64,000 nucleotides of DNA from the NCBI RefSeq assembly GCF_009914755.1, contig NC_060926.1; one strand, written 5' to 3'. The position numbers and the translations under genes are program-made. The notes below the pieces were generated by a model. It worked only from the letters and a program-made list of their open reading frames with translations, was not told the DNA's origin and did not search any database. The stretch comes from the human T2T-CHM13v2.0 reference genome, Homo sapiens. Positions within the stretch are counted from its first letter, which is position 1. Each line of letters begins with the position of its first letter. Below, piece after piece: positions 44,755-60,100 of the stretch.

Positions 44755-46900
44755 TGGATTTCTTAAAACCCAAGCATTCTTTTGGAAGAATATTGACATC
44801 TTGTCATATTCTATATATCAAACATCAAAGTGTGTTTCCATTGAGATCCAACTTTTTAAACTTCTCCATTATAAAATTCTTAAGCAGGAAAAAAAGCCAA
44901 AAAGTATAAAATAGCTATTATGAGAACAAAAAGAACATTTGTAGACACTTCACCTATCACTTATCACTGCTCTAAGAAACACCGTAAACAAATAGACACA
45001 CAGATAAACAATTGTCTTTCATCTTTCAAGACTATCTCTCAATTCTGTTTATGTGCCTCTGCTACTCCAAGACTCACCTGGGATTTTGATTTTTGTCTCT
45101 TACTCTTTTTTTTGTCTCTTATTCTAACTATGGTTAACTTTTTCACAACTGGCTGAACAGAAAGCTCATGTTGCATTTAGGATATAATAATTATACACAT
45201 GAAAAGTCCTAGCAAAGGGCTGCCCCACCAGAGATTAAATGTGTGCTAGAAAAAAAGCATGCTTTTTTTCCAAGATGCTTCTCTTGGAAAAGCATCTTGG
45301 ACTCACTGACACACCCGAAAGAGTTGATATAGGTGAAGTAGCCTGTCACTGATTCCTGCCTTGTACTTCTTACAAATATATGGCACCTGCTACATGAGAT
45401 TTCTCTCTGACTGTGCCTCAGGCATCTCAGATATAACATTTCCAAAGGTAAATTTTTATTCCCCTTACCCCATTACCAAATATGTTCCTTCCACAGTCAT
45501 CCTCATCTTATTAAATGACTTCTTCATCTATACAATTGCCCAAGCCAGGATGCTGTGATTTATTTGTGATTCCAACATTCACTTCCTTCTCAACATCTAA
45601 TCAAATTTAACATCAAAATATCCTGACTCCTCTCCCAAATTGCCAAAATGCCTGCCAGTCCTCCAAATTAAAACTAAACAGGCTGGTGTTCACCAAAGAT
45701 GACAGAAGATAGAGGATAGGATGCTGGCTGCACTGCTGAGCTTGGCCCAGACCCAGGACCAGCTTCACTTGTAGGGACATTTAGTCCCCTTGATGCAGCC
45801 CAGATGTTTTGCCCGAGAAACTCTCTTTCTGCACCTTGTCCAAACCACTTCTTGTCTTACAGCAAGGAGACATATTGATCACTTTGTTGCTAAAATACCT
45901 TAAGCAGAATCGTGAAGCCTTAGGGTTTTGGAGGTCAATGAGTTGTTCTCTAGCACCTCAGACATATGAGGCATCTGAGAATAATGAAAGTCTGGACTAA
46001 AAGGAAGCACGTTGTTGGGTTTTTGGCCATGTCTCTGAGAATAACACTGGCTACTCAGCAACCCCTCCCAAGAAGATCAACAGTTGCTGGTTTGTCCCTT
46101 TGGCTTTATCACTTCAATCTGGTGTTTCCAAGACTAGCTTCTCATCTCCATCTCCAAGGCTGTCACAACAGCATGTCTTGCTTAGGTAGATCATTAAATT
46201 AGAAATAGGCTCAAGCCTTAGGCGAATCCAGAGGTAGAGTCCAGAAGCTTCTGCTATAACTAGGTAAACCACCTGGCTTGGCTTGCCCAGGTGATTTGTG
46301 TCTGATATTCTGGAGTTATTAATTAATATATCACCAAAAATATCTCACAAGTACCCCAAATTGAATAATGAATGATATGAAAGCATGAAGGAGAGCTCAT
46401 ACACAACTGCTTCAGCATTTGTAGCTGGAGGGTGAACTCAGACACTGGGGTAGCACGACTAACTCTTTGAAAGATTACCCTAGTTAGCATTATACGTATG
46501 CAATCTTGGATATTGATCTCCATAACTAATAGCAGCCACAAAGTGAATTATTTAAATAATTTTTACCACATTTAAATAATTTTATTTAAAGAAAGTTATA
46601 AATGAACTTAATTATTTTAATTCTGGCTTTATAATTCAAAGAGTAGTTACATTGTGGCAGTATTAGCATCACCTTCATTAACTACAGAAGAAGAAATAGT
46701 TATATGAATGCATTGCGTTTGTATAGTGGATAATATATCAAGACTTTGTATGAATTATATCATTTAAATGGTATGATGACTGTTAGCTAAGTAAAGTAGT
46801 CCCCTCTATGTTGGAAACAGAATTAAAGTATTGTGAGAGTTATACGTTTTAACATGTTTATTTATAAGAAGAGGTTATGCTATAGAAGCACTTACAGCAA

Positions 46901-46937
46901 TGTGCGTGTCTGTGTGTGTGTGTGTGTGTGTGTATGT

Positions 46938-46989
<52 letters not shown>
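46901..46989. repeat. (TG)n-(AG)n compound microsatellite
   Basis: Visible directly. Confidence 0.95.
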
Positions 46990-49900
46990 TGTTTGCCAAA
47001 CAGAATGGGCTGACACTGAAACTGGGAAGCTATAATCCCTTTCTTCTGTCTGTGGGTTCTGTTACATTGATTAGTATTGAGTAACAGCTGAACACTGTTT
47101 TAGATACTGTGAAGTCTGTAAACATGAAGTGTGCAAAGTGAACAAATCTCTAAGGGAGAAAACACTTGATCTTGGTCTCATTAGACAATCAGATCAACTG
47201 AGATACCTGTTTTAGGTGGATTAATAATAATACTTTGCATTATTCTTCAAAGCTACAGTTAGAATGGCATGTCAATAATGCATTTTAGGGATTTGGAAAG
47301 TACATATGTACATACATAAATATATACATATATTTATTTAAAGGAACACACACAGAGCTTTAATTGCACATTTGTGTGTAGAGACTTAGTTAAGGTCTTT
47401 CAATTAAATTAAGTAGCATGAATACTAAAAACTCAAAGATAAGCATCTAGCATCTGCTAGTAAGTATAATAAAATAAACCAAAAATTCTAAGCACTTTGA
47501 AAGCATTACTATGAGTAATCCCAAGCCAGCCGATTGCAGCACTTAGTGACCAATAAGTGGGCCCAGAAAACCCTGTAAATAAGCCCTTAAATTTAGATGA
47601 AGCTTTCACATTTTCAAAACCCTTTTGAACCCATTATTTTATTTTATCCATTAAATTCATTTATGATGATTTGTGGGACTGTTATTCCCATTTTACAGAG
47701 AAATCCAAAGAACACCATTTTCTTAAATTTTGTACAGAACTCTCTGACTAATAAAGTAGAATACTTTCATATATATTATTTCCATTATTTTTGAAGTTGG
47801 TTCAAATAGAAGCTTCTTCATATATAATTTTATTTGGAGTCTCACTTTAGGTAAGTGGAAAGCAAAGGTGTTCTGTTAAGGGTGACGGTGGGACGGTCCT
47901 TCCAAGCTCCGTCCTTGTGGCCTTCTCCTTGTCGCACACACCCCTGAGGCATCTCTGGGGAACACCCAGAACAGACATCCTATAAACATTTTTTAAAGCT
48001 GTCTTTATATTTTAGCAATCTTGGGAGGAAGTCATTTGCTTTACAATAAACAACCTAAGAAACAGGTTTTGTGATAGCAATCCTCTTATATAAAAGCAGT
48101 AGTTCAAACATGGCATACAGGACATTGAGCCTTGGGGTTATGATCTTTGTCCATTACTCTTCCACACTTTGAGAAGTGAAAAAAATGTGGTTCCCCATGA
48201 TTAGGTGACTGAGGAAATCTGAAAGGAGCAGACCTCTAGTTCTGCAGGTCTGTGTGGCACTAATTTGGACACATGGTAGGACTGGTCAGTCTACCTCTCT
48301 CCTATGTCCATTTGAGATCTCCAGCAGGCAGCTTAGTCCCACTTTAATTAGGGGGAGCAAAAGATCTTTATTTTCTTTTGCTACTTGACCTTCTACCTGC
48401 TCAAGGGTAGTCTGCTTTTATGAGCGAGCTTAAGGTATCTTGAGCTATTAAATAGGGGGCTGGTCCATTAGGGATGAGCGTTGGATAGCAGAAGAGCCTC
48501 GTTCTCTTCTGCAAGATCCAATGGATGGTCTGGCCACTGTTGCCCAGTGCCCTCAACAGTATCCAGAAGGAAGACTGGATTCTAAGTTTCATGTTGCTCA
48601 CTGGCACTGCCAGTGGACAGAACCTTCACAAGCACCGCCTACAGTACTGATTGGGGTGGCCTTCCTGTTCTCCCTCATCTCCTTCCTGTCCCCTTGTATG
48701 GAGACAGAGGATGATATAAAACATCCCCTCTAGTTGTGCATCAAAATTCTGGTCAATTATTTAGACCAAAAACTTTTAAAGATTATGTAGAAGAATGGCT
48801 CATTTACTTCCTGATTTTACCATGGCCCCTTCTTCCCAAATCAGTGACTTGTTCATATCCAGCTTTCTGAGATGGTAAAAAGGAGAAACATCAAGTACAT
48901 GGGAAGGGATTTTAGGAGTGAGAGTAATACTTTTACATGTTATTTTGCCAAATATCTATCTATTACCTGTCTCTATCTACCTACCTACCTACCTACCTAT
49001 CTACCTATCATCTATATGTATCTATGAAAAGCTACCACCTTAATTTAATTAATGAAATTATAAACAAATGATTTTCCACTGAGAAGGAAATGTTTGTCTA
49101 AATTAAATTGGTAATATTAAGAAGTATTTTTACTCATATATAATCATTATAATAGAGGGTAGGTAAGAAGTGGGTATTAATAAGTATTAAATGTATTGGG
49201 CATCTATACAATGCACTGGAGACTTGACATTAACTATCATGTCTTAATCCTAAGGAAATATCTGTAAATTTTGAAAACTAAATGGGTTCTAAGAGTCAAA
49301 ATAATGCCGGATGGCAGGGTGTGTGGGAGATATTCTTGGGCAATCTGTCAACTTGGTATTCTCTTACATCACTTTATTTATCTATTTTTTTTTAAAGCTT
49401 GCTCTGATTATAGATGACATAGTGACAGTGCAAGCAAAAGCAGTAGTGCTATTCTGACAGGATCTTAAAAATCTCATACCAATATGTGAAGTAGGAAATC
49501 AGTTTGGAGACTCTAGGATATAAAAGAAGTTGAAAGAGTTAAAGAGAAAAATGTAAATTCTTAATTGTTTACTATTCGCTTCTTGGAAGTTTTGTGTTAT
49601 TGAACATGTATGATTATTTTCATTATGTCACTTTTGCTGAGCATGTGCATACAATGATATCTTGTTCTCAAGATCCCAGTCTATCCGTTTTTCTGTTTGT
49701 ACAGTAAAATAGTATCACATACCCCTAATGCTATCTTTACTCTGGGTAACTTTTTATTCAGAATAAAAGCTCTGAATCACCCATCAGAGCTCACTGTTTG
49801 CTGCAGAATCACAGAAGGCATCTTTGTACAGCAATCTCGGTGGGCCTGCTTACCCAGGCACTAAGTAGTTTCTAAGTGTAATTAAAATAACCACCTTTTC

Positions 49901-50622
49901 TAATGCATCATTCAACATCCCTACCACACTACCCTGTTGTATCATACTACTTTCAATTATTTGGAGATTATGTATACAATATCAGATTAATTTAATGTCA
50001 TTAACCCTGAAATATCTAGAAAGCTCAACAGAAATGTAGCTTTAGGTCAGAAAATATTCTGAGTACTCAAAGTTTAATCATCTCAAGAATTCTCATTTGT
50101 CTCATTCACTTGGTATATTTTTAACATAACTAATTTTATTTCTCTCTTGGAATTAGTAGAGATACTAGTTAGAATGCAATATCTTTGACAACTGAAATAC
50201 TGGAGGCTCTTCAGATCGTTGGTCAGAACATCACTTACTTTATATATCACAAGACATAATGACATAGAAGATACAGTTAGAAATGACTCAAGATTCATTA
50301 TTGACCTATGCAGTCATTAAGATAAAATAGGTTTCTTTTGATTTTCCCTTCCTTTCCTGATAGTGGGTATCAGAGAACACTGAGTGTTTCAAAATAGCAG
50401 AATTGAGTGTTTAGGAAACCACCGATTTGAAAACAATATATATTCACTACCATGTAGCATAGATTCATGACTGGATCATTTTAAATATTTGCTTAAAAAT
50501 TAAAATAAAATTTGCTTTGCAAAATTTGTATTTATTTACAACATCTTAGATTCACATTTATAATGCATGATTAACCAAAACTGTACGTGCTTTCAGACCA
50601 TCCTTTGAGAAAAAAGGTGTCA

Positions 50623-50823
50623 GTTCAGGGCACCATTTAAATACAGAGGCTATAAAGCCTGTATAAAGAGGCTGTATAGAGCCTGTATATGTATATAGGC
50701 TATATAGAGCCTGTATATGTATAAAGAGCCTGTATAAAGAGGCTATAAAGCCTATGTAAAGAGGCTATAAAGCCTGTATAAAGCCTGTTCAGGGCACCAT
50801 TTAAATACAGAGGCTATAAAGCC
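50623..50823. repeat. 37-bp exact direct repeat flanking a 127-bp mosaic of short modules
   Basis: GTTCAGGGCACCATTTAAATACAGAGGCTATAAAGCC at 50623-50659 and 50787-50823. Confidence 0.95.
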
Positions 50824-51502
50824 CCATAAGGGGGCTCAGGATAGTCAAGTCATTCAAGTAATTTGGGAGTTTTGAAAGACAACACATAAAGTGTTTAAAA
50901 GTCCAAATCTTCGTATAATATTGCATCCTTTAGTGACTGATCATTAGATTCAAATATATTGAGATGAATTGAAATTACCAGTCACCTGACAATGCTAATA
51001 TATGTTAGATAATGCATGAATAAAGAAGACTAACTAAAATAATTTGATTCACAGCAATTCAAGTTGCCAAAGTGAAGCCATTAAGTATATAAAGGTAATC
51101 ATTTGTTCATGCATTCAACAATTATTGAGTATTTACCTTGTCAGTCCCTACACACACAAAGATGAACACACAAACCCTAACAATAAAATAACTCTGAATA
51201 ATCAGTAAAGCTGTTATTTTCCTCAGTGTCAGAGTAAGTGGCAAAGAAATAATACAATAAAATAAAGTGCTAAGTGGAATAAGCAGTCTTTTCAACAAAT
51301 GGTGCTGGGACAAGAGTAAACGGTGTAGGTATTTTGGAAATAAACCTTTCCTCAAAAGGCTAAACTCTTATTTTATGATTTAGTAATGCCTCTACTAATT
51401 ATATATACAGGAGATTAAAAACATACCGCCACAAAAACTTGTGCACATATTTTCAAAGAAGCATTATTCATAATAGCCCCCAAATGACAACAGTTCAGCT
51501 AT

Positions 51503-51517
51503 GTCTCTCTCTATCTC

Positions 51518-51551
<34 letters not shown>

Positions 51552-51590
51552 AGTCAATCTAACTATCTACCTACCTATCATCTATCTCTC
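51503..51590. repeat. (CT)n/(CTAT)n microsatellite within an L1 fragment
   Basis: Visible directly. Confidence 0.9.
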
Positions 51591-51732
51591 TGGAGAGAGA
51601 TACATAAATGTGTCACATTCATACAATAGAATATTAGTTTCATTTTCAGATTAGTCATTGTGAGTATATAGAAACACATTGATTTTTGCATGCTGACCTT
51701 GTATCCTCCAACATGACTAAACTCATTTATTA

Positions 51733-52068
51733 GTGGCTTATAAACAGTAGAGATTTACTTTTTTCAGTTTTAGTGGCTAAAATCCTGAGATCAAAATGGC
51801 AGCATGGTTGAGTTCTAATAAGGGCCTTCTTCCAGGTTGTGGATTGCCAACTTCTCTTTGTATCCTGACAAGGTGGAAATCAGCTAAGACAGCTCTCTGG
51901 GGTTCCTTTTACAAGGGCACTAATCCCTTCAGGGGCACTCCACCGTCATGACTTTATCTAAGCCTGATTACCTCCCAAAGACTCCACTTCCTACTACTAT
52001 CATTTTGGGGGTTAGGACTTAAACATATGAATTTGGGGATAGGAAGACAAACATTCTGTTCATTGCCA
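51733..52068 (-). mobile_element. MLT1A/MSTD-like MaLR LTR
   Basis: GGCTTATAAACAG...AAGGGCACTAATCCC...CCTCCCAAAGACTCCAC...ACATATGAATTTGGGG. Confidence 0.8.
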
Positions 52069-52773
52069 TTTACTATGTTAAAGTAAAAATAATAATATCA
52101 ACTTAAGTTGGTTCTCAGGGCCCAAGTATTGTGGTTCTCTTGACTCATGATTTTATTTGCCATTAGATATATAATTGCTCAACTGAAGAAAAATATGCAA
52201 AAAGAAATTTATATTTAATTTTGGCGAGATATAGGTAGTATTGGTTTGGCTGTGCATATAAATTATGACAAAATATTTTGAAATTTCCTAAAGACAGATT
52301 ATTCTTATATTTTCATGAGTATGATATCATGTTCATTAACATTAATCAATCCATTAGTGAGGGTATAGGCTGTAACATCATCTCCATGAACCACAACAAA
52401 GCACTCCTATCACAAAAGGTGATTAGCATTGTCCAGAATAGGTAATAACAAAAGGTTGATTTCTTTTTCCAATATTCCTTGTTATGGGTCATAAAAATCC
52501 CATTAAGTGTCAACTGTTGCAGCTACATTGATAAAATGAGCACATATCATTTGCCCAATAAGGAGCTAAAGTTGGGTACGTATCTGCATGCTATAGTGAC
52601 TCAAAATGATGTATCATTTTTTTTTTACTAAACTAAAAAAGCAATTTCTATAATTAAAAAATTATGAATCTCTCAACAATAATTTAAAATATCTTCTGAA
52701 CTGAGCCCTATAGTCTTCTGTCAACTTTAAAAATAATTGTATCTGCTTCTCCCTTCAATATGTTTTTTTCAGA

Positions 52774-52808
52774 TGTAGTCAGCGTTCTCCAAAGAGACAG
52801 AACCAACT

Positions 52809-52858
<50 letters not shown>

Positions 52859-53049
52859 ATGTATGTGGGGGGCAAGAGAAAGAGAGAGAGAGAGAGGAAG
52901 AGATTCATTTTAAGGAATTGGCTCATGCAGTTACAGAAGAGGGCTAGTCCAGAATCTGCATGTGTTCTGGTAGGGTGGAGGCTCACAGAAGAGCTCATGC
53001 TATCGCTCAATTCTGAAGGTTGTAAGGCCACATAAAATTCACCATCACA
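52774..53049 (-). mobile_element. MLT2 (C/D-like) 3' LTR of an old ERV-L, internally deleted, containing (TG)n
   Basis: TGTAGTCAGCGTTCTCCAAAGAGACAGAACCAA ... AAGGAATTGGCTCATGC ... AAAATTCACCATCACA. Confidence 0.8.
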
Positions 53050-54345
<1,296 letters not shown>

Positions 54346-54391
54346 TTACCCATGGCTCTTACCCTCCCAGTCAGAGGAGAAGCTTAAGGAG

Positions 54392-54751
54392 TGTATTAGT
54401 CTGTTTTCACACTGCTATAAAAAGCTGCCTGAGACTGGGTAATTTGTAAAGAAAAGAGCTTTAATTGACTCGCAGTTCTGTATGGCTGGAGAGGGCTCAG
54501 AAAACTTGCAATCATGGCAGAAGGCAAAGGGGAAGCAAGCACGTCTTACCATGGCAGAGCAGGAGAGAGAGCTAAATGGGAAGTGCCACACACTTTCAAA
54601 CAACCAGATTTCCTGACCACTCACTCACGAGAACAGCAAGAAGGAAGTCTGGCCCCATGATTCAGTCACCTCCCATCAGGCCCCTCCCCTGACATGTGGG
54701 GCATACAATTCAGATGAGATTTGGGTGGGGACACAGAGCCACATCATATCA
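54392..54751 (-). mobile_element. THE1D/MSTA-like MaLR solo LTR
   Basis: TGTATTAGTCTGTTTTCACACTGC ... GATGAGATTTGGGTGGGGACACAG...ATATCA; exact 5-bp TSD AGGAG. Confidence 0.92.
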
Positions 54752-56246
54752 AGGAGGTTAGTTGACAAATGGTGTTTTCAGCACAAGTTCATCTCACTGT
54801 GGGCCCGGTGGATCCCTGAAAGCATCTTGTTTTTTTTTGTTGTTTGTTTGTTTTTGGCTTTTTTTCCCCCCTAATTCTTGAATGATAAATAGGAATCACC
54901 AGAATCCTCAAATAGTTTCCCTGACCTGTGGAGTGAGGGCCAATATAATGGGAAAGGTCAAGTAGAAGCCACTAGAACTGCCTGTACCTAATAAAATAGT
55001 AAACAAAAAGCAATTTCACATTCCTGAAGAGATTGCAGACATCTGTGTCACCGTCAAGGACTTGAAAGATGCAGGGGTGGTGATTTCCACCATATCCTCA
55101 TTCAACCTACCCGGCATATACAAAAGACAGATGAATTTTGGAGACTGACAGCAACTTATTATAAGCTTAACCAAATGGTGACTCAAACTGCAGCTGCTCT
55201 ACCAGATGTGTTTTTATGGCTTAAGCAAATTTTCACATTCTCTAATACTTGGTATGTAGCTATTGATCTGGCAAATGCTTTTTTCCACACCTCTGTTAAT
55301 AAAGACCACCAGAAGCAGTTTGCTTTTATCTGGCAAGGTTGGCAATACACCTTTACTGTTTTATGTCAGAAATATATCAACTCTGTAGCTTTAGGTCATA
55401 ATTTAATTATCAGGGTTCTTGATCAACTTTCCCTTCTATAAGATGATCACATTGATGATATTACTTTGATGACATTGACCTATTGGCCTCTGAACAAGAA
55501 ACAGCAACTACTCCAGACTTATTGATAATACAAGAGGGTAAAAAATAAATCTGACTAAAATTCAGGGGACTTATTTCTCAGTGAAATTTCTAGGGATCCA
55601 GTGGTGTGGGGCATGTTGAGAGATCCTGTCTAAGGTGATGGATACATGATTGAATCTGGCCCCTACTAAAACCAATAAAAAAGGCACAATGCCTAGTGAG
55701 AGTCTTTGGATTTGGAGGAAATGTATGGCTCATTTGAGTGTGTTGTCTCACCAAGTGATGGAAAAACCTGCTAGTTTTCAGGGGACTGGAAAAAGAGAAG
55801 ATTGAAACAGGCCCAACCTGCTATGCAAGCTGCTGTGCCCCATGGGCCATATGATCCAATAGATTCAATGGTGTGTGAAGTGCGAGTGCCAAATAATGAC
55901 TCTGTTCAGAGCCTCTGGTATGCCCTTACAGATGAATCATACTGTAGGCTTTTAGAATCTTGGAACAAATCCTTGCAATCCTCTGCAACTAGCTACTTTT
56001 CTTTTGAAAAGGAGCTTCTGGTCCGCTATTAAGCCACAGTAGAAGCTGGACACCGAACCATAGGACACCAAATTATCATGTGATCTGAGCTGCCCATTAT
56101 GGACTGGGTGTTATCTGATTTGTTTGGCTATAAAGTTGGGTGTGCACGTCAGTCCTTCATCATCAAATGTAAGTAGCATATATGAAATTTGGCCTTAGCA
56201 GGCCTTGAAAGCACAAGCACATTGCACAAATAAGAGGCTCAAATGA

Positions 56247-56613
<367 letters not shown>

Positions 56614-56741
56614 TCATGGCGAGTGCCCTATAGAGAGGATGAGAAAACTTAGGCCTGATATACAAATGATTCTATATGATATTCCAGCACCACCTGAAAG
56701 TGAATAGTTGCAGTACTAGAGCTTCTTTATGGGATACTCGT

Positions 56742-57179
56742 TGTATTAGGGTTCTCTAGGGGGACAGAACTAATGGAATAGATATATATAAAGGGGAGTT
56801 TATTAAGTATTAACTCACACAATGAAAAGGTCCCACAATAGACTGTCTGCAGGCTGAGGAACAACAAGAGCCAGTCTGAGTTCCAAAACTGAAGAACTTG
56901 GAGTCTGCTACTCGAAGGCAGAAAGCATCCAGCATGGGAGAAAGAGGTAGGCTGGGAGGCTAGGCCAGTCTCTCTTTTCACATTTTTCTGCCTGCTTATA
57001 TTCTAGCTGTGCTGGCAGCTGATTAGATTGTGCCCATCCAGATTAAGGGTGGGTCTGCCTTTCCCAGCCCACTGACTCAACAATTAATCTCATTTGGCAA
57101 CACCCTCGCAGACACACCCAGGATTAATGCTTTGTAACCCTCAATCCAATCAAGTTGACACTCAGCATTAACCATCACA
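56742..57179 (-). mobile_element. MLT2A1 3' LTR of nested HERV-L
   Basis: TGTATTAGGGTTCTCTAG ... GGGGAGTTTATTAAGTATTAACTCAC ... CAAGTTGACACTCAGCATTAACCATCACA. Confidence 0.9.
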
Positions 57180-60100
57180 AGTCCATCAATTGTCAATTTG
57201 AAACAATACACATATCCTAAGGTCATACATAACCTTCAAATAAAGACAATAATAGGGTCATAATTATGCCTAACATAATACAAATATCCTTTGCACAACC
57301 AGAAATGCACCAATCCCCAACCCAAATACTATTACTATTACATAAAGTTAACAACACTTAAAAGCGGATAAGAAGTCAGTAAATCTTATGTGTCATGATA
57401 AAGGAGAAAGGGAATGAAATGAAGATATTTTCTTAGTACAAGCATATACATTACATGAACAAATGTTTTTTAACAAACGGAGGAAATACTGATGACAATT
57501 ACTTCCCCGTTTCTACAGCTGGTCATGTGGTCATAGCTGGTATTGATGAGTACCTTCTTCTCATACCCATTTTGTATTCCCTTTGCCTTCAGCAAGCATC
57601 TAAGCAGGTTATGTTATATAAATATATATATGTGTATATATATATATTTGTTTTGTTTTGTTTTTTTCCTGCTGGAGTGACCCAGACCCTCATTCCTGAA
57701 GAGTCTGTGTAATTTGTAGTCCTGCCTGAATCGGGCTGTTGTAGTTTCCTGTTGACCTTAATCACAGAACATGGTAATACTAAGAGACGCCCTAATGAAT
57801 CTCCTGTATTTGATGCATACTCTTCCTTACTCAGATACGGAGTAGTAGACTGATTTCATATTGATAGTCTGAGTCAATCACTCCAGCCAACACTGTGCCT
57901 CTCTTCTTAGCCTGTTGACGTAAGATAGGAGGAACCCAAAGTGTCTAGGTGGCCATCCTAACTTCCAGTTTAATGGAATCGTTGTTATGTCTCCCAGTGG
58001 CAGCATGTCTCCCTCTGGAACTAAAACATCTAGGCCAGCAGAACATAATGTCATGGGAAGAGGAAGAGAAAATTTTGCTAATGAATCACTAGGGGTGATG
58101 GTGAGTGGTGCCACTTTCACTTCCACCCCTTGATTTCTGGACCCATGAATTCTGGCTATGGGATAAAGAGTACCATATATTGGACACTGATTCAAAGCAT
58201 ACATGGCCTTCTGGAGAACTTTGCTCCAGCCCTGCAAAGTATTGTCACCTAGTGACATACTAATGGCACTGTAATTGTGACTTCAAAAGGCCATTCCACT
58301 GTTCTATCAATCTAGCAGTTTCAGGATGATGGAGAATATGGTAAGACCAGTAAATTCCATGAGCATAAACCCACTGCTGCAATTCTTTAGCCATAAAGTG
58401 AGTGCATTGGTCAGAGACAATGCTGTGTGGAATACCATGACTGTGGATAAGGCATTCCATGAGTCCACTGATGGTAGTCTTGGCAGAAACATTGTGTGCA
58501 CGATAGGCAAACCCATATCCAGAGTAAGTGTCTATTCCAGTGAGGACAAACCTGTGCCCTTTCCATGATGGAAGAGGTCCAATATAATCAACCTGCCACC
58601 AGGTAGCTGGCTGATCACCCCAAGGAATGGTGCCATATTAAGGGCTCAGTGTTGGTCACTGCTGCTGGCAAATTGGGCACTCAGCGGTAGCCGTATCCAG
58701 GTCAGCCGTGGTGAGTGAAGTCCATGTTGTTGAGCCCATTCATAACCTCCATCCCTGCCACCATGGTCACTTTGTTTATGGGTTCATTGGGCAATAAAAG
58801 GGGTGGTGGGTGAAAGAGGCTGAGTGCTGTCCACAAAATAGGTCATCCTATCCACTTGATTATTAAACTTCTCCTCTGCTGAAGTCAACCATTGGTGAGC
58901 ACTCATATGTGATACAAATATCTTCACAGTTTTGAACCATTCAGAGAGGTCCATCCACATACCTTTTCTGCAAATTTCTTTGTCATCAATTTTCCAATCA
59001 TGTTTCTTCCAAGTCCCTGACTATCCAGCCAAACCATTGGCTACAGCCCAAGAGTCAGTATATAATCACACATCTGGCCATTTCTCCTTCCATGCAAAGT
59101 GTACAACCAGGTGTGCTGCTCGAAGTTCTGCCCACTGGGAAGATTTCCCTTCACTGCTGTCCTTCAGGGATGTCCTAAAAAGGGTCTGTAGTGCTACAGC
59201 TGTCCACTTTTGGGTGGTGCCTGCATATTGTGCAGAACCATCTGTGAACCAGGCCCTAGTTTTCGTTACGTTCCTTGGTTCTCTACATATGTCCACTGAT
59301 CATAGGGAACTCCCCATGAGGCCATCGGTGCAGGCTGGGGGAGAGAAGGCAGGGTGGCAGGAGTAGAGACCACGGACATTTGAGCCACTTCCCCATGTAA
59401 CTCACTTGTACCTTCAGAACCTGCTTGAGCCTGATCACATATATATCACTTCCATTTCATGATGGAATGCTGCTGTGCACAACCCAATTTATGGCTAGAT
59501 GGGTCAGAAAGCATCCAATTCATGATAGGCAGTTCAGATCACATGGTGACTTAATGACCCATAGTCAAACTTTCAGTTTCCACCAAAGCCTAGTAATGGG
59601 CCAAGAACTGTCTCTCAAAAGGAGAGTAGTTCTCTGCAGAAGAAGACAGGGCCTTGCTCCAAAATCCTAGAGGCTTCCACTGTGATTCACCTATGGGGGA
59701 TGACCAAAGGCTCAAAACAGCATCCCTGTCTGCCACTGACACCCAGCACCATTGGATCTACTGGGTTATGTGGCCCAAGTGGCAGAGAAACTTGCACAGA
59801 AGCCTGTTGCAGAACTGTCTCTTCTTCTGGACCCCACTCAAAACAGACAGTCTTTCAGGTCACTCAATAAATGGGCCAGAGTAACACGCCCAAATGAGGT
59901 AAGACTCTCACTCAGGACAATCTTAACAGATTTGATGCTCAGTATCTGCTTCTGATGCTGGTAGATAGAATCCCTGAGTTCATCATTGTCTTTCATCACT
60001 TTGTCCACTGAACTTAGAAGCCACCAACCAACTTCATTACGTTCCTTGGTTCTCCACATATGGTCAAAGGTATTATGTATAGAGTCACTAAACTCCTTGC

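Noticed and set aside
50623-50823. CRISPR-like repeat-spacer reading
   Set aside because: Only two long repeats, the spacer is derived from the repeat itself, primate context, no cas genes
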